Origin: Sphyrna mokarran
Taxonomy: Eukaryota
NCBI GenBank assembly: GCA_024679065.1
Contig: JAGIQG010000029.1
Span: 12,710,001-12,774,000 of the forward strand
Length of the DNA stretch: 64,000 nucleotides
Direction of reading: 5' to 3'
The notes below the pieces were generated by a model. That model was not told the DNA's origin. It saw nothing but the letters and a program-made list of their open reading frames with translations, and did not search any database. This document shows, in pieces, positions 36,806 through 47,775 of the stretch. The translations under genes were made by a program, and so were the position numbers. How positions within the stretch are numbered: the stretch's first letter is position 1; every line of letters begins with the position of its first letter.

Positions 36806-37399
36806 GATGCCATTAGCCAATTACATCTGAAAATTGTACCTTGCTTCTCTAAGAATCTAAGTCAATTTTTTTTGTTCTGGAAATTGCCCCTGGGTTCACA
36901 TTGCCAAATAAGTTAATGTTTGGTATAAAGCTTGCTTCTCTGACGAGGAACATTGCAGCTCTGTCAATGTGTGGGTTGTTTATAGTGCTCACATACTTCT
37001 TAAACCTCATGGGCCAACCCTTAGTAAAAGCCACTCAACATTACTGGGATGGTGCTGATGAGGGGAAAATGGATGACTTGATTTTGAGTTGCTTAATCCT
37101 ACCCCCACATTTTCCTGTAGCAGAATTGTATCTGCGTTACACAAAATGTCAAATAAAGTCAGGAACTTGTGCCTTGAACCATGATTAGAACTCGTATCCT
37201 ATTGTGGCATGATGTGACGTGGCTTTTTCATATTTATTTTAATGCATCGTATTTAAATATTGCCTCAAGCAATTTTATTTTTGTGGTGTCAGCAGGTTCG
37301 GAGTGACTGGAAGGAACATCATTTTCAGCACAAAACTTGACATTTCCATACTAATGTTGCTGATGGCTTGAACTTTTTAAATTGCTCTGTCTCTGAACT

Positions 37400-37700
37400 C
37401 TTATTTATTCATGTCACAAGTAGGTATACATTAACACTGCAATGAAGTTACTGTGAAAATTCCTTAGTCACCACACTCCGGTGTCTGTTCTAGTACACTG
37501 GAGGAGAATTTTGCATGGCCAATGCACTGAACCAGCACATTTTTTGGACTGTGGGTGGAAGCCAGAGCACCTGGAGGGAACCCATGCAGAAATGGGGAGA
37601 ATGTGCAGACTCTGCACCAACACTGAATCAAGCCAGAAATTGAACCCTGGTCCTTGGTGCTGTGAGGCAGCAGTGCTAACCACGATTCTGCCATGTTGCA
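37400..37700 (-). mobile_element. HE1-type V-SINE, tail B
   Basis: TTATTTATTCATGTCACAAGTAGG...GCTGTGAGGCAGCAGTGCTAACCAC. Confidence 0.9.
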
Positions 37701-37889
37701 CTGTCCCCAAGTATATATGAAATAACCTTGCCTAGATCAGATAGAGACTACTGCTTGCAACATCAAAAAAATGACAATTTAGAATATGGTTCTTTTTCCC
37801 TAAAAAACCAAAAGTCAACTATAACATAAAAAGGAGCTGTTTATGGAGCCCTTCTCTAAGCCAGCTGCTGAACAACTGTAGAGTGTATG

Positions 37890-38330
37890 CTAAGAAGATT
37901 TCACTTGATATCCCTAATCAGAAGGTTGTAATTTGAATCTGTGGCTGTGGAGTCAGTCATATTGCAGAACACGAGCACGTAACCTATAGTGACGGTCCGT
38001 GCAGCACTGAGGAGGTGCTACATTGCTGTTATCATCTTTAGTTGAGATGTTAAATGAAGACCCTGCTTGCCTGTTCCAGTGCGCTTAAACAATCTCATTA
38101 CATTATTCAATGAAAAGCAGGGGAACCCTCCAAATGAACTTCTCAACATTTATCCCTCAACCAAGAGGAGATTATCCAAACATTATACCTCATTGCCATT
38201 TGTGGAACATTGCTGTGCATATATTACTCACAAATTTATTTTCATTACACCAGAAATTGCACTTCGAACGCAAATTATTTGGTTGGGCAATGTTAGGAAG
38301 ATCCACAAAACATTTGGATAGGCTTTATTC
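37890..38330 (+). mobile_element. SacSINE1-like Deu-SINE
   Basis: TCAGAAGGTTGT...GCAGCACTGAGGAGGTGCTACATTG...GTTGAGATGTTAAATGAAGACCC...CATTTATCCCTCAACCAA. Confidence 0.75.
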
Positions 38331-38414
38331 ACACAATATCATAATTATCAGGTTCTGATAAAAGACCAAGGTCCATTTGTTTATTGTTTGATTGTCCTGA
38401 TGGCCACACGATTT

Positions 38415-38690
38415 TTAAAATTTATTTATTCGTGTTGCAAGTGGGCTGACATTAACACTGCAATGAAGTTATGTGAAAATCCCCTAGTGGCCACATACAG
38501 GTGCCTGTCCAGGTTCACTGAGGGAAAATTCACCATGGCCAATGCACCTAATCTTTTGGACTGCAGGAGGAAACTGGAGCACCACACAGACGTGGGATGA
38601 ATAGACCACACAGAAGTGACCCAATCGGGGAATTGAACCTAGTTCTCTGGTATTGTGAGGCAGCAGTTCTAACTAAAGTGCTTCCCTAGC
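38415..38690 (-). mobile_element. HE1-type V-SINE, tail B
   Basis: Reverse tail B CATTAACACTGCAATGAAGTTATGTGAAAATCCCCTAG and head. Confidence 0.85.
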
Positions 38691-39627
38691 AATAATGGAG
38701 TTATGTTCAATCAGTGCCCACAATCTCCATCAAACAGAAAAAATCCAGACCACTGTGTTCTTCTTTCACTGGATTTCTATTGTTTGCTGTGAACCAGTTT
38801 TCAAAGCTCCCTTTAAAACAAATGTATATCTCGAATTTTTTTTTTAAACATTAGAGGGCTCGAAATTTCTGTACCCAAGCCATGTTCATGTCATGCCAGG
38901 TGTGCCCTGTGGAAGATTATACCCTTATAAATTTGCTCTGGGCCTTGGCACCATACAACAACTGATTTCAGAACCTTTTATTCTGCTTCACACTTCCTAA
39001 CTCTGCTTTTTCTGTAAGATATGACATAAATCTGAGCAAAACTAATAACTTTATTCATTTGCTCAAGAGCTTAACCACAAATTTCTATAAGCTGCTCATT
39101 ACATTTAATAAAGATAGGTATATTATCCCATCTGTTTCAATGCAGTTTGTTACAGCAATTACCCAGAGTTGTAAAACCTTCGACAAGCTCAAACACATTT
39201 GCTGCTCTCCTTTGCAATGAGAAAAGGTCATGCTTATTTAATTATATTCTATATATATGTAGCGTCCTTCCGTTCAGAACATTCCTTAGAGAACTGTCAA
39301 TTCTTTAAATTCTTTCTTTGGTGCTTTTTTAAATTATTTTAAATGCTTATGAGTAGAAATGTCATTGTTTTTGGTCTATCTAGATCGAGTTATAATGTTT
39401 TGAAGTGTAAAGGTTCAGTTAGCACAGTGGTAGAATCATTTTCAGTGATGGCTTTTTTGGACTTTGGAACCATGTTTTTATTGTTGTGGCTCTAAGTTTT
39501 ATCTGTCACTGCTCCACCCAATGTGATTAAATGCATTACAATAAGATAGATAATTTAGGAACACTTATAATTAATAGAGATATAATCATATGTGCAACTG
39601 CATTTTGATGTTAAGTGACCATCACTC

Positions 39628-40170
39628 AGATTTTGATTTGATTTATTATTGTCACATTTTGTTGGCATATAGTGAAAAATATTGTTTCCTGCACACTATA
39701 CAGGAAGTCATCTTGTTCATAGAGAGAAGGAAAGGAGAATGTGCAGGATATAATGTTGCAGTCACAGAGAGGGTGTAGCGAAGGGTCCATAATATGTGTT
39801 AGGCGCATTCAAAGGTGTGATGGTAATAGGAAAGAAGCCGTCCTTATGTCAGTCGGTTTGTACTCCCCCCCCCCCCCCCAAATGGAAAAAGGTGGAAGAG
39901 AGTATGTCTGGGATGCTTGATTATACTGGCTGCTATTCCAAGACAGTGGGAAGTGTAGGTGGAAAAATGGAGGTTGGTTTGTTTGATGGACTGGGTTACC
40001 TTCACAACCCTTTGAAGTTTATTGCGGTCTTGAGCAGGAACCATATCAATCTGTGCTACATCCAGAAAGAATGCTTTCTATGGTGCATCTACAAAAATTG
40101 GCAAGAGTCGTAGCTGAATTTCCTTTGCCACCTGAGAAAGTAAAGGCATTGGTTGGCTTTTCTTCAGCAT
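39628..40170 (-). mobile_element. Rex1/Babar LINE 3' fragment
   Basis: AGATTTTGATTTGATTTATTATTGTCACAT tail; ORF 39844-40044(-) AQDRNKLQRVVKVTQSI. Confidence 0.9.
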
Positions 40171-40369
40171 AAGCCCATCATGAAATAATAATCTTTGCCA
40201 TTCCTTCAATAAGTGAAACCTTTAAATAGTCTGATCCGATATTTGCAATTTTGCAGATGACTGACAGCCTTGTACATCTTTCCAATTCTGTAGAGGGTGA
40301 ATTTAAGAATAGCTTGTGGTGCTATAATTTGTGCCAATTGGCATAGCCAAGCAAAGCTATTATAGTCAC

Positions 40370-40860
40370 TGGACGGGAGGAACCTCTATCAAACGTTCTG
40401 TTGCTAAGAGTGACTAACTGGGCTCAGCTCCTGCAGGATTACTGTTTTCTCAGCCATCCATGCCCAGTCTGATGATTAAACCGAGCAGCTACTGATTTAT
40501 AACTTCAAATTCACAAACCTTACAAGGTCGAAGCTTACAGGAAATAGCATGGTCCATCTTATGCAGCTGAGCATTCTCAGCATTGAGGCAATTTGCCATT
40601 TGTCTGCCCAATGTTCAATTAATTCAGCCTTGCTGCAGTGTTTTGGTTGCTGCTTATTATTCAGATGGGTAGTTAATGACTCTGCAAAGGGTTTTCTCAT
40701 TAAAGGAGAATCTAACATCACTTTTAGTCCTGTCCACGAAATCGTTAATGAAAATAGGAAACCAAATGGGGCAAAACATTCTCCCTGTGTACGTGTTGAG
40801 ATGAGATTAATGCCTGAGTTGTCCTGTCCTGATTGAATCCTCCATAGAGCCATTTATCAA
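40370..40860 (-). pseudogene. Ancient, highly diverged CR1-type reverse-transcriptase fossil
   Basis: Across frameshifts the minus strand reads (V/T)QG..VL.P..F.IFINDFVDRTKSDVRF....TLCRVINYPSE...TLQQ....EHWADKWQIA.NAE.C, i.e. the [18 protein letters not shown]...VRLFADD...LQ.DL..LE.W..KWQM.FN..KC series. Confidence 0.65.
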
Positions 40861-40867
40861 CTGATCC

Positions 40868-40995
40868 TGGGTGGAATTTTCCCTTCCCCGCCCACCACGG
40901 AAATTGTAGCAGGCAGGACGCTGGCTATGCAAAGGCCCGTTGACATAAGGTGGGATTTTCTGGCACTGGGGTGAGTGTGGCTGAAAAATCCTGCC
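40868..40995. mobile_element. Harbinger-type MITE
   Basis: GGGTGGAATTTTCCC ... GAAAAATCCTGCC. Confidence 0.6.
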
Positions 40996-41154
40996 ACATG
41001 CCTTCAGATAAACCACAAGAAGACTGTGTCCTGATGACTAACTCATTACGGACAGAGTCTGTTTTTGTTTTTACCACATCCTAGCTCACTTTCACCATCA
41101 GTGAGCACCACAATACAAAAATGCATCTATATTTATCTTGCATCTTCAAGATAT

Positions 41155-41515
41155 CCCAGAAAAGCTGGCACTTATATCGCGTCTTTCATAACTTTAGGGT
41201 GTCCCAAAGTGCTTTACTGCTAATGATGTGTTTTGAAGTCATGGATGTAATACACAGTGAACAACTAGAATACCGCAAGTTTCCACAAACAACAACATAA
41301 TGATGATCGGTTTATCTCTGTTGGTTGAGGCATAAACATTGACCAGGGCTTCAGGGAGAATGTTCTTGCTCTTTCTCAGAATAGTACCATGGAATCTTTC
41401 CATTTATTTGAGAGGGCAGCTTTACTATAACATCTCATCTGAAAGACAACTCCTCATTGCATACTTCCAGTGGTTTGCTGGAGTGTCAGCCTAGATTGTC
41501 TGCTTATATTTTTGG
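41155..41515 (-). mobile_element. SacSINE1-like Deu-SINE
   Basis: GCACTTATATCGCGTCTTTCAT...CCCAAAGTGCTTTAC...CATCTCATCTGAAAGAC...GGAGTGTCAGCCTAGATT. Confidence 0.75.
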
Positions 41516-41669
41516 ACTGTGATGAGCCAGCAATGTCCACATCCCATAAATGAATTAAAAAAAGCTTAAATCCACAACCATCTCTCTCAGAGGCTGAGCC
41601 GCACTGTTCTTTGAGACATGAAAAGCAGGGCCATCTCTCTTTCTGAGTAAATGTTCTGAATTGTCTGAA

Positions 41670-41925
41670 TCTCAACAGTGTAAAAGGAGGCCATTCAGCC
41701 TGCACTGACAATAATCTCACGTGGGCCCTGTCCCCTTAACACCACACCCCCTGACACGAAAGAGCAATTTAGCATGGCCAGTGAACATAACCTGCACACC
41801 ATTGGAATGGAGGAAACCAGAGCACTTGGAGGAAACCCACACAGACACAGAGAATTTGTAAGTTCCCCTAAAACAGTCAGCCAAGGCTAGCATTGATCCT
41901 GGATCCCTGGCCACCATGCCTATTT
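41670..41925 (-). mobile_element. HE1 V-SINE, tail A, deleted
   Basis: AGGAGGCCATTCAGCC...GCAATTTAGCATGGCC...GAGGAAACCCACACAGACAC. Confidence 0.8.
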
Positions 41926-42198
41926 AGAATGAGAGTGAGGAGTTTTCTTGTTCATCTTCTTTCAATCCCTCAGTAAATACCATCAAACATAAATGAGATT
42001 AGCTGACAGCTAGCTCATGCTTTATGGAGCAATATGTGTAAAATGGACTAGGTTTGACTCTCGTGTGTAATAAATCCATGGGGATGAAATTCCCATCACC
42101 AGAGTTCCTTTATTTACAAGATCCCACCGTAACATAGAGTTTAACAGTGTACATCAGGAGCCCAGAGGGACTGATACTCCTGTTTAAATACAATACAT

Positions 42199-42807
42199 AG
42201 AACATAACATCACAGAACAGGCCCTTCGGCCTTCGATGTTGCGCCGACCAATATAAAAAGCAATGACCCTCCAAACTAAACCATTCCCTTCTCTTCCATA
42301 TACTTATCAACTAACCTCTTAAACGCCACCAAACTTGGCGCATCTACAACTGCTGCAGGCAGGGCATTCCACTCCCGAACCACCCTTTGGGTAAAGAACC
42401 TACCTCTGATATCCGTCCTATAACTATCACCCCTTAATTTAAAGCTGTGTCCCCTCGTGCTAGCTTTCTCCATCCTAGGAAAAAGGCTATCACTGTCCAC
42501 CCTATCTAAACCTCTAATCATCTTATATGTTTCGATAAGGTCCCCTCTTAGCCGCCTCCTTTCTAACGAAAACAACCTCAAATCCCTCAGCCTCTCTTCA
42601 TAAGACCTGCCCTCCACACCAGGCAACATCCTGGTAAACCTCCTCTGTACCCTCTCCAATGCCTCCACATCTTTCTTATAATGCGGGGACCAGAACTGCA
42701 CACAATACTCCAAGTGCGGCCGCACTAGAGTTTTGTACAGTTGCAACATGACGTTGCGGCTCCGAAATTCAATCCCCCTACCAATAAAAGCTAAGACTCC
42801 ATATGCC
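42199..42807 (-). mobile_element. Young CR1 family A, 5'-truncated
   Basis: Open 177-aa ORF 42276-42809(-) nearly identical to 15400-15900; CAT at both junctions. Confidence 0.95.
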
Positions 42808-42853
42808 ATGGAGCTCCTTGATTGACCATGAATTAGAGCTCTCAGTCAGGAGC

Positions 42854-43050
42854 ATCTTTTAGTGTCCAACCAAATAAACAGACTCAAATTCACTTTGGGA
42901 CAATTCAAAAGGGACAGCTGCCGAAAGGAGAGGAACCGCCTTAAACAAAAAACAAAGTGGAAAGGAAACTTAAAAAAAATGCTTAATGGGGTCAATGATA
43001 TACCCCAGTCCCTGCGGTACCCAAAAGACATGGAAGGCATTGACAGTGCC
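42854..43050 (-). mobile_element. Tx1-clade LINE 3' end, copy 2
   Basis: Minus strand reads GTVNAFHVFWVPQGLGYIIDPIKHFF* (compare GAVHAFCIHWAPQGLEYIINPDNHLLA*); 3' UTR CAAATAAACAGACTCAAATTCACT matches 61929-61952. Confidence 0.8.
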
Positions 43051-43126
43051 TCGAGCAGAGTTTTCTTTTGTTTATTGAACACACCATAAACAACAAGAAT
43101 ACTCCACAGATCCAGATGAACACAGC

Positions 43127-43200
43127 GGGCCAGTAAGGGGATGGAGCTCACAGCTTTGGCATTATTAGCACCACACTCTGGCTATCTGAGCTAAATTTCC
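43127..43200 (-). pseudogene. tRNA-Ile(AAT) pseudogene or tRNA-derived SINE head
   Basis: Minus strand GGAAATTTAGCTCAGATAGCCAGAGTGTGGTGCTAATAATGCCAAAGCTGTGAGCTCCATCCCCTTACTGGCCC aligns without gaps to the recalled vertebrate tRNA-Ile(AAT), about 55/74 by eye; acceptor stem and T-loop are damaged. Confidence 0.75.
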
Positions 43201-43356
43201 ATTCATACTCAAGCCGATCTCAATAGCCTGATAAAAGCCACCACAAGTGTCACAGCTGCACTTCGATAGTTCATGTGAAATTCTTTGAGGTATTTCTTTG
43301 AGACAGGTTTAAATCTTTTGCAAGTGCTTTACCTGACGTGGCAATAATACTTTGTG

Positions 43357-43459
43357 AAACAAAAGCAGAAAATGCTAGTAAATCTTGGCAGGTCAGTCAG
43401 CATCTGTGGAGAGAGAATAAAGCTAACGTTTCAAGTCTGGATGACCCTTCATCAGAGCT
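43357..43459 (-). mobile_element. Penelope-like element terminal fragment
   Basis: AAACAAAAGCAGAAAATGCT...CAGCATCTGTGGAGAGAG...CCCTTCATCAGAGC; TTTGTG duplicated at 43351-43356 and 43460-43465. Related degenerate pieces at ~21700-21790, 35370-35515, 36015-36140 and 49065-49150. Confidence 0.75.
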
Positions 43460-43461
43460 TT
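43419..43461 (-). ncRNA. Minimal hammerhead ribozyme motif (Penelope-type)
   Basis: Minus strand AAAGC-T-CTGATGA-A-GGGTC-ATCCA-GACTT-GAAA-CGTTA-GCTTT: CUGAUGA and GAAA core, stem II, palindromic AACGTT stem III, stem I AAAGC/GCTTT. Confidence 0.7.
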
Positions 43462-44139
43462 TGTGGATGTTGATGTCCAGAAATTATTATTTACATTTGC
43501 AAAGATGAAAATTTATTTTGATTAATGTTGATGGCTCTGACTTAACTTTAGCCAGTATCTGCTAGATATAGTGTAATAAATTAGACTTGTCAATTCTGGA
43601 GCCAGACTTATTTTGTGCACAAATTGTAACCTTTCTTGACATCCGTTCTGTAAAAATGAATACCATTCCATGTTTAAATGGTTTTATTGCAATTTTTGAT
43701 GACAAATCTCATTTCTAACATCTCACTGCTGTTGACAGCTTTGGAATGATTACCTTTTAGTGACATTTAATCTGAGTGTTGGCCCACTGGATAGCTGACA
43801 CTGCAATTAGAAACTTGAAGAAAGTAGTCCAAATGAGACAGCTTGCCAATATAATACAAGTCAGTGCCTTTTTGATATTTTACTCTCCATTTTGCTGTCA
43901 CTGACATATTTACAAACTTATATTTATTAAGCACACACTGAAGACGGAAAGATAGGAGAACAGGGAAAGGCCAGTTAGTCCTTTCAAACTCATACTTCCA
44001 GTATCCTGACCCTCTTTGTGGCATGACACTTTGAATGAGAGAGAGAATTATTAAATCTCCTTGATTACCTGACAATGCTTCTCACCCGGTGAATAAATTT
44101 TATTAATACAGATTTCAGCCCTGTAGTCCTGGTGTTTGG

Positions 44140-44495
44140 GTGGTAAGATGGCACAATGGTTAGCGCCACTGCCTTACCACCTGTTATCGGGGATTAATTC
44201 CAGCCTTGAGTGACTGTATGGAATTTGCACTTTTTCTCCACGTCTGCATGGATTTTCTCCGGGTGCTCCGGCTTCCTCCCACATCAAAAGATATGCCTGG
44301 TAGGTGGATTGACCACAATAGATTTCACTTTAGCGTCCAAAGATGTGTAGGTTCAGTGAATTGGCCCTGATGAATGCACAGGGTTGTGCGGATAAGGCAG
44401 GGAGGTAAGCTTGGGTAAGATGCTCTTTTGGAGGGTCAGTACTGACTTGATGGGCTGAATGGCTTTCTTCTGCACTGTTGGAATTCAATGGTTTG
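44140..44495 (+). mobile_element. HE1 V-SINE, tail A
   Basis: GGCACAATGGTTAGCGCCACTGCC...core...GGGCTGAATGGCTTTCTTCTGCACTG. Confidence 0.9.
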
Positions 44496-44614
44496 CTCAC
44501 TCAATTGTTCAGATTTATACTTTTGTTCTATTGGAAGACTTAAACATTATCTAGACTGACATTTTGGTGCAACGCATGTGGAATTGGCAAGAAATGACAT
44601 CCTCTGCTAAACCA

Positions 44615-44960
44615 TCATAGAATCCCTATTGTGCTGAAAGAGGCCAATCAGCCCAGCAAGTCTGTACTAACTCTTACAGAGAATCTTACCCAGGCCCCTG
44701 CCCATTACCCCACACATTTATCCTGCTGTTGCTCTTAACCGAGTGATAAATGACAAATGTGAATACATTAAGGGGCAATTTAAAATGACCAATCCAGCTA
44801 CCTCTGTACATCCTTGGGCTGCGGGAGGAAGCTGGAGTACCTGCATGCAGACAGACAGAGGGAACACATGCAAACTCCATAATCACCCAACCCTGGAATT
44901 GAACACAGGTCTCTTGCGCTGTGAGGCAGCAGTAATAACCACTGTGCCATCATGCCACCC
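44615..44960 (-). mobile_element. HE1 V-SINE, tail A (tail-to-tail with the previous copy)
   Basis: ATCATAGAATCCCTA...GCTGTGAGGCAGCAGTAATAACCACTGTGCCATCATGCCACCC. Confidence 0.9.
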
Positions 44961-44964
44961 ACAA

Positions 44965-45215
44965 TCAGGGCTCGGTCTGCCTCTGATTCAGTGAAACATT
45001 AAACGTTCCACGGCATTATTAAAAGACCTACTACTTTCCTTCCTCAACCAACACACCCAGAAAGATGAACCATCTGTGCAATCATTTCCTTTGTTGTTGT
45101 GATGAACAATCTGCTGACACTTACGCCGACATAACAGTAACTATGCTTCCCAAAATAACTAATTGTTTGTGAAATTCTTTAAGACATCCTGATGTGATAA
45201 AACTCTTACATCCAT
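44965..45215 (+). mobile_element. SacSINE1-like Deu-SINE 3' part
   Basis: GTCTGCCTCTGATTCAGTG...CCACGGCATTATT...CCTCAACCAACAC...GACATCCTGATGTGATAAAA. Confidence 0.55.
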
Positions 45216-45689
45216 TTGTCTATATTTCTCTTTAACATGGGATGAATTTGATATCGGAGGCTGGGAGTATTTAGGTGTTGAGTGCAATGTGGTGAAACTG
45301 TCTATCATGGAGTTATGTCTTTCCTCATATGAATCTGTCTTGTTGCCCTTGATCTTCCAGTCTAACAAGTAAAGAGGAACATATGTTGGAATAGATTATC
45401 TGGTTGTTCATCTGTGTTGTGGGACTGTGTGTGCAAACTATCTGCCACATTTAGCTGTGCTACAATGATTATATTTTTGAAAGATGCTTTGAGACAGTTT
45501 TGAGAGAAAGGAGACATGAATTAGTAACTTTGCTTGTTTCTTTCCCTCTCCATTTTCATTCCTTTCTCTTTCACTCCTTCCATCCTTTTATGTTAGTTTT
45601 ATTTTTCCTTTTTCCTGGCAGATTGAAGGAATGTTTTATATATTGCAGTCTCTTCTTCCAACTGTAGAGTTTCAGTTTTGTTGACTCAG

Positions 45690-46110
45690 CAACAATGAAG
45701 GAACAATGATATAGTTCCAAGATGTTCTGTGGCTTGGAGGGAACTTGCAGGTAATAGTGTTCCATTGCATTTAGGTGGTAGAGATCATGGGTTTAGGAAC
45801 ACACTGTCGAAGGAAGCTGGCTTAATTTCTGCAACGTCTTTTATAAATGATGCATACTGCAGTTACTGTGTGTTCATGGTGAAGAGAAAGAATATTTGCG
45901 GTATCAATTAAGTGGGAAGACTTATCCTGAATAATATCAAGTTTCTTGAATCCTTAGGTTGCATTCATTCAGGCAAACGAAGAATGTTCCACCATACACT
46001 TGACCTGTGTCTTAGAGATGTTGGAGAGGTTTGAGGAATCAGGATGGGAATTACTCCCCATTGATATTTATATGGCTCTTCCAGTTAACTTTGTGGTCAG
46101 TGACTTGAGA
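45690..46110 (-). mobile_element. CR1/L2-group LINE fragment (family of 19555-20150)
   Basis: GCAACAATGAAGGAACAATGATATAGTTCCAAG...GGCTTGGAGGGAACTTGCAGGT...TGGCTCTTCCAGTTAACTTTGTGGTCA is the reverse of 19570-19960. Confidence 0.7.
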
Positions 46111-46254
46111 ACTGCACTGGAGATGGGGGAGTATGTTGGACTAAGTGTAGTTATGTAATGTGTGTAAAATCGCTGTCATGTGATATGTGGAATGTAAACC
46201 TAGACTTGGAGGACTTAGACAAAATTGCATCCAAAAAAAATGGGAATTTAGATT

Positions 46255-46525
46255 TAATTTATTTATTATCACACATAGGCTTGTGCTAACATTGTAGTGA
46301 AGTTACTGTGAATATCCCCTCGTCACCACAGTCCAAGAGACAAGTTAGCATGGCCAATGAATCTTACCAGCATGCCTTTTAGGACATGGAGAAAAATCAG
46401 AGCACCCGGAGAAAACCCACATAGACAGAATGTGCAAACTCCACGTAGAAGTGACCCAAGTGGGAATTGAACCCAGGTCTCAGGTTCTGTGAGGCAGCAG
46501 TGCTAATCACTGTACCACTCCACCC
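46255..46525 (-). mobile_element. HE1-type V-SINE, tail B
   Basis: Reverse tail B and head TGTGAGGCAGCAGTGCTAATCACTG. Confidence 0.85.
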
Positions 46526-47019
46526 CATGTGTGGCACAAGGAGGTTAGCAATATCCCCAGTGAAGGTAATGTCAATGAATGTCAAAAGAGATGAAGGTTC
46601 TTTTTCATTTATTGGGGGTGATGATTACCTGGCACTTGTGCGGTATGAATGTGACGTGTCACTTATCAACATGTGCATTCTACTTTTGAAATATATTTGT
46701 GGCTTAGGTTTGGGGAATATGTGTCACCTCAGGTTAAAGGTCCCTCAATCAAACTACCTATTTTGCACCAAATGGTTTTTGATGCAAACAAAAGTAATTC
46801 TATACCCTGAACCAGATCAGATCAGTTTGCAGTCGTGTGACTCATTCAAAGGGGTAGTTTCAAACTATTTGAGATTTTTCACCAGAATACCACATCTACT
46901 TGGATTTGATAAAAGCCATGGTCAGTTCACATAATGTTTCAGGTACAATGAGGTAGTGGGATTTTAATATAAATATACATGGCATGTGAGTTCAGAGTCC
47001 ACAGTACAAATGTGGAGTT

Positions 47020-47340
47020 CATCGAATCATATAGTACAGAAGGAGGCCACTCCACCCATCGAGCCTATACTGAACGCAATCCCACTCAAGCCCTCTGTCC
47101 ATAATCCCATGCATTTACTCTCGCTAGTCCCCGTAACATGAAGGAGCAATTTAGCATGGCCAATTCACCTAACCTGCACATATTTGGTCTGAGAGAGGAA
47201 ACGGGAGCACCCAGAGGAAATCCATGAAGACGTAAGGAGAATGTGCAAACTCCACACAGATAGTGACCCAAGCCAGGAATCAAACCCAGCTTCCTGGTGC
47301 TGTGAGGCAGCCATGCTAACCACTGTGCTACTGTGCCACA
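47020..47340 (-). mobile_element. HE1 V-SINE, tail A
   Basis: AGTACAGAAGGAGGCCA...GTGACCCAAGCCAGGAATCAAACCC...GCTAACCACTGTGC. Confidence 0.9.
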
Positions 47341-47551
47341 ATGCAAACTGTTTATCGTAGCTTGTGTTGCAGCAAAATGTATAAATTATTTAATTTCAAA
47401 GTGCTGGACCTAATCAAAAATGCCAACATGATTCAAATGGCACGATGAGCCGGACGTGTAACTGCTCGACTTTCTGTAGAAACTTTGGACTGAGAGATAC
47501 TTTAAGTTTACTAGAAAACATCTGGTATCATTCTATGTTGTTCATAAGCAG

Positions 47552-47775
47552 TGGGGGTCCATGAGCTCTATTGGCTAGTTTGTGAGACCAGAGCAATACC
47601 AACAGAATGGGTTCAATTCCCAAACTGGCTTCAGGTTATTCGTGAAGGCCCCACCTTCTCAACCTTGTCCCTCACCAGGAGGTGTGGTGCCTCTCAAGTT
47701 AAATCAGCAGCAGTTAGCTCTCTCTGAAAGGGGAATGCAGCCAAGGTCCTCTGTAATTGTGTGACTTTATATTTT
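47552..47775 (+). mobile_element. Additional tRNA-derived SINE family (reverse copy at ~57575-57805)
   Basis: GGGTTCAATTCCC B-box; CCTTCTCAACCTTGTCCCTCAC matches the reverse of GTGAGACAAGGTTGAGAAGG at 57663. Confidence 0.65.

Larger units (their letters stand above)
42066..43245 (-). mobile_element. Solo LTR (LTR-1, ~222 bp in three pieces: 42066-42198, 42810-42853, 43201-43245) with two nested inserts
   Basis: TGTAATAAATCC...CCTTTATTTACA...CCTGTTTAAATA / GAGCTCCTTGATTGACCATGAATT / TCATACTCAAGCC...GCCACCACA aligns with 61729-62471 and with the reverse of 30249-30479. Confidence 0.7.

Noticed and set aside
43127-43200. Functional tRNA-Ile gene
   Set aside because: Acceptor stem mismatched (GGAAAT vs CTGGCC), T-loop GGTTCGA changed to AGCTCCA, and no oligo-T terminator directly downstream.
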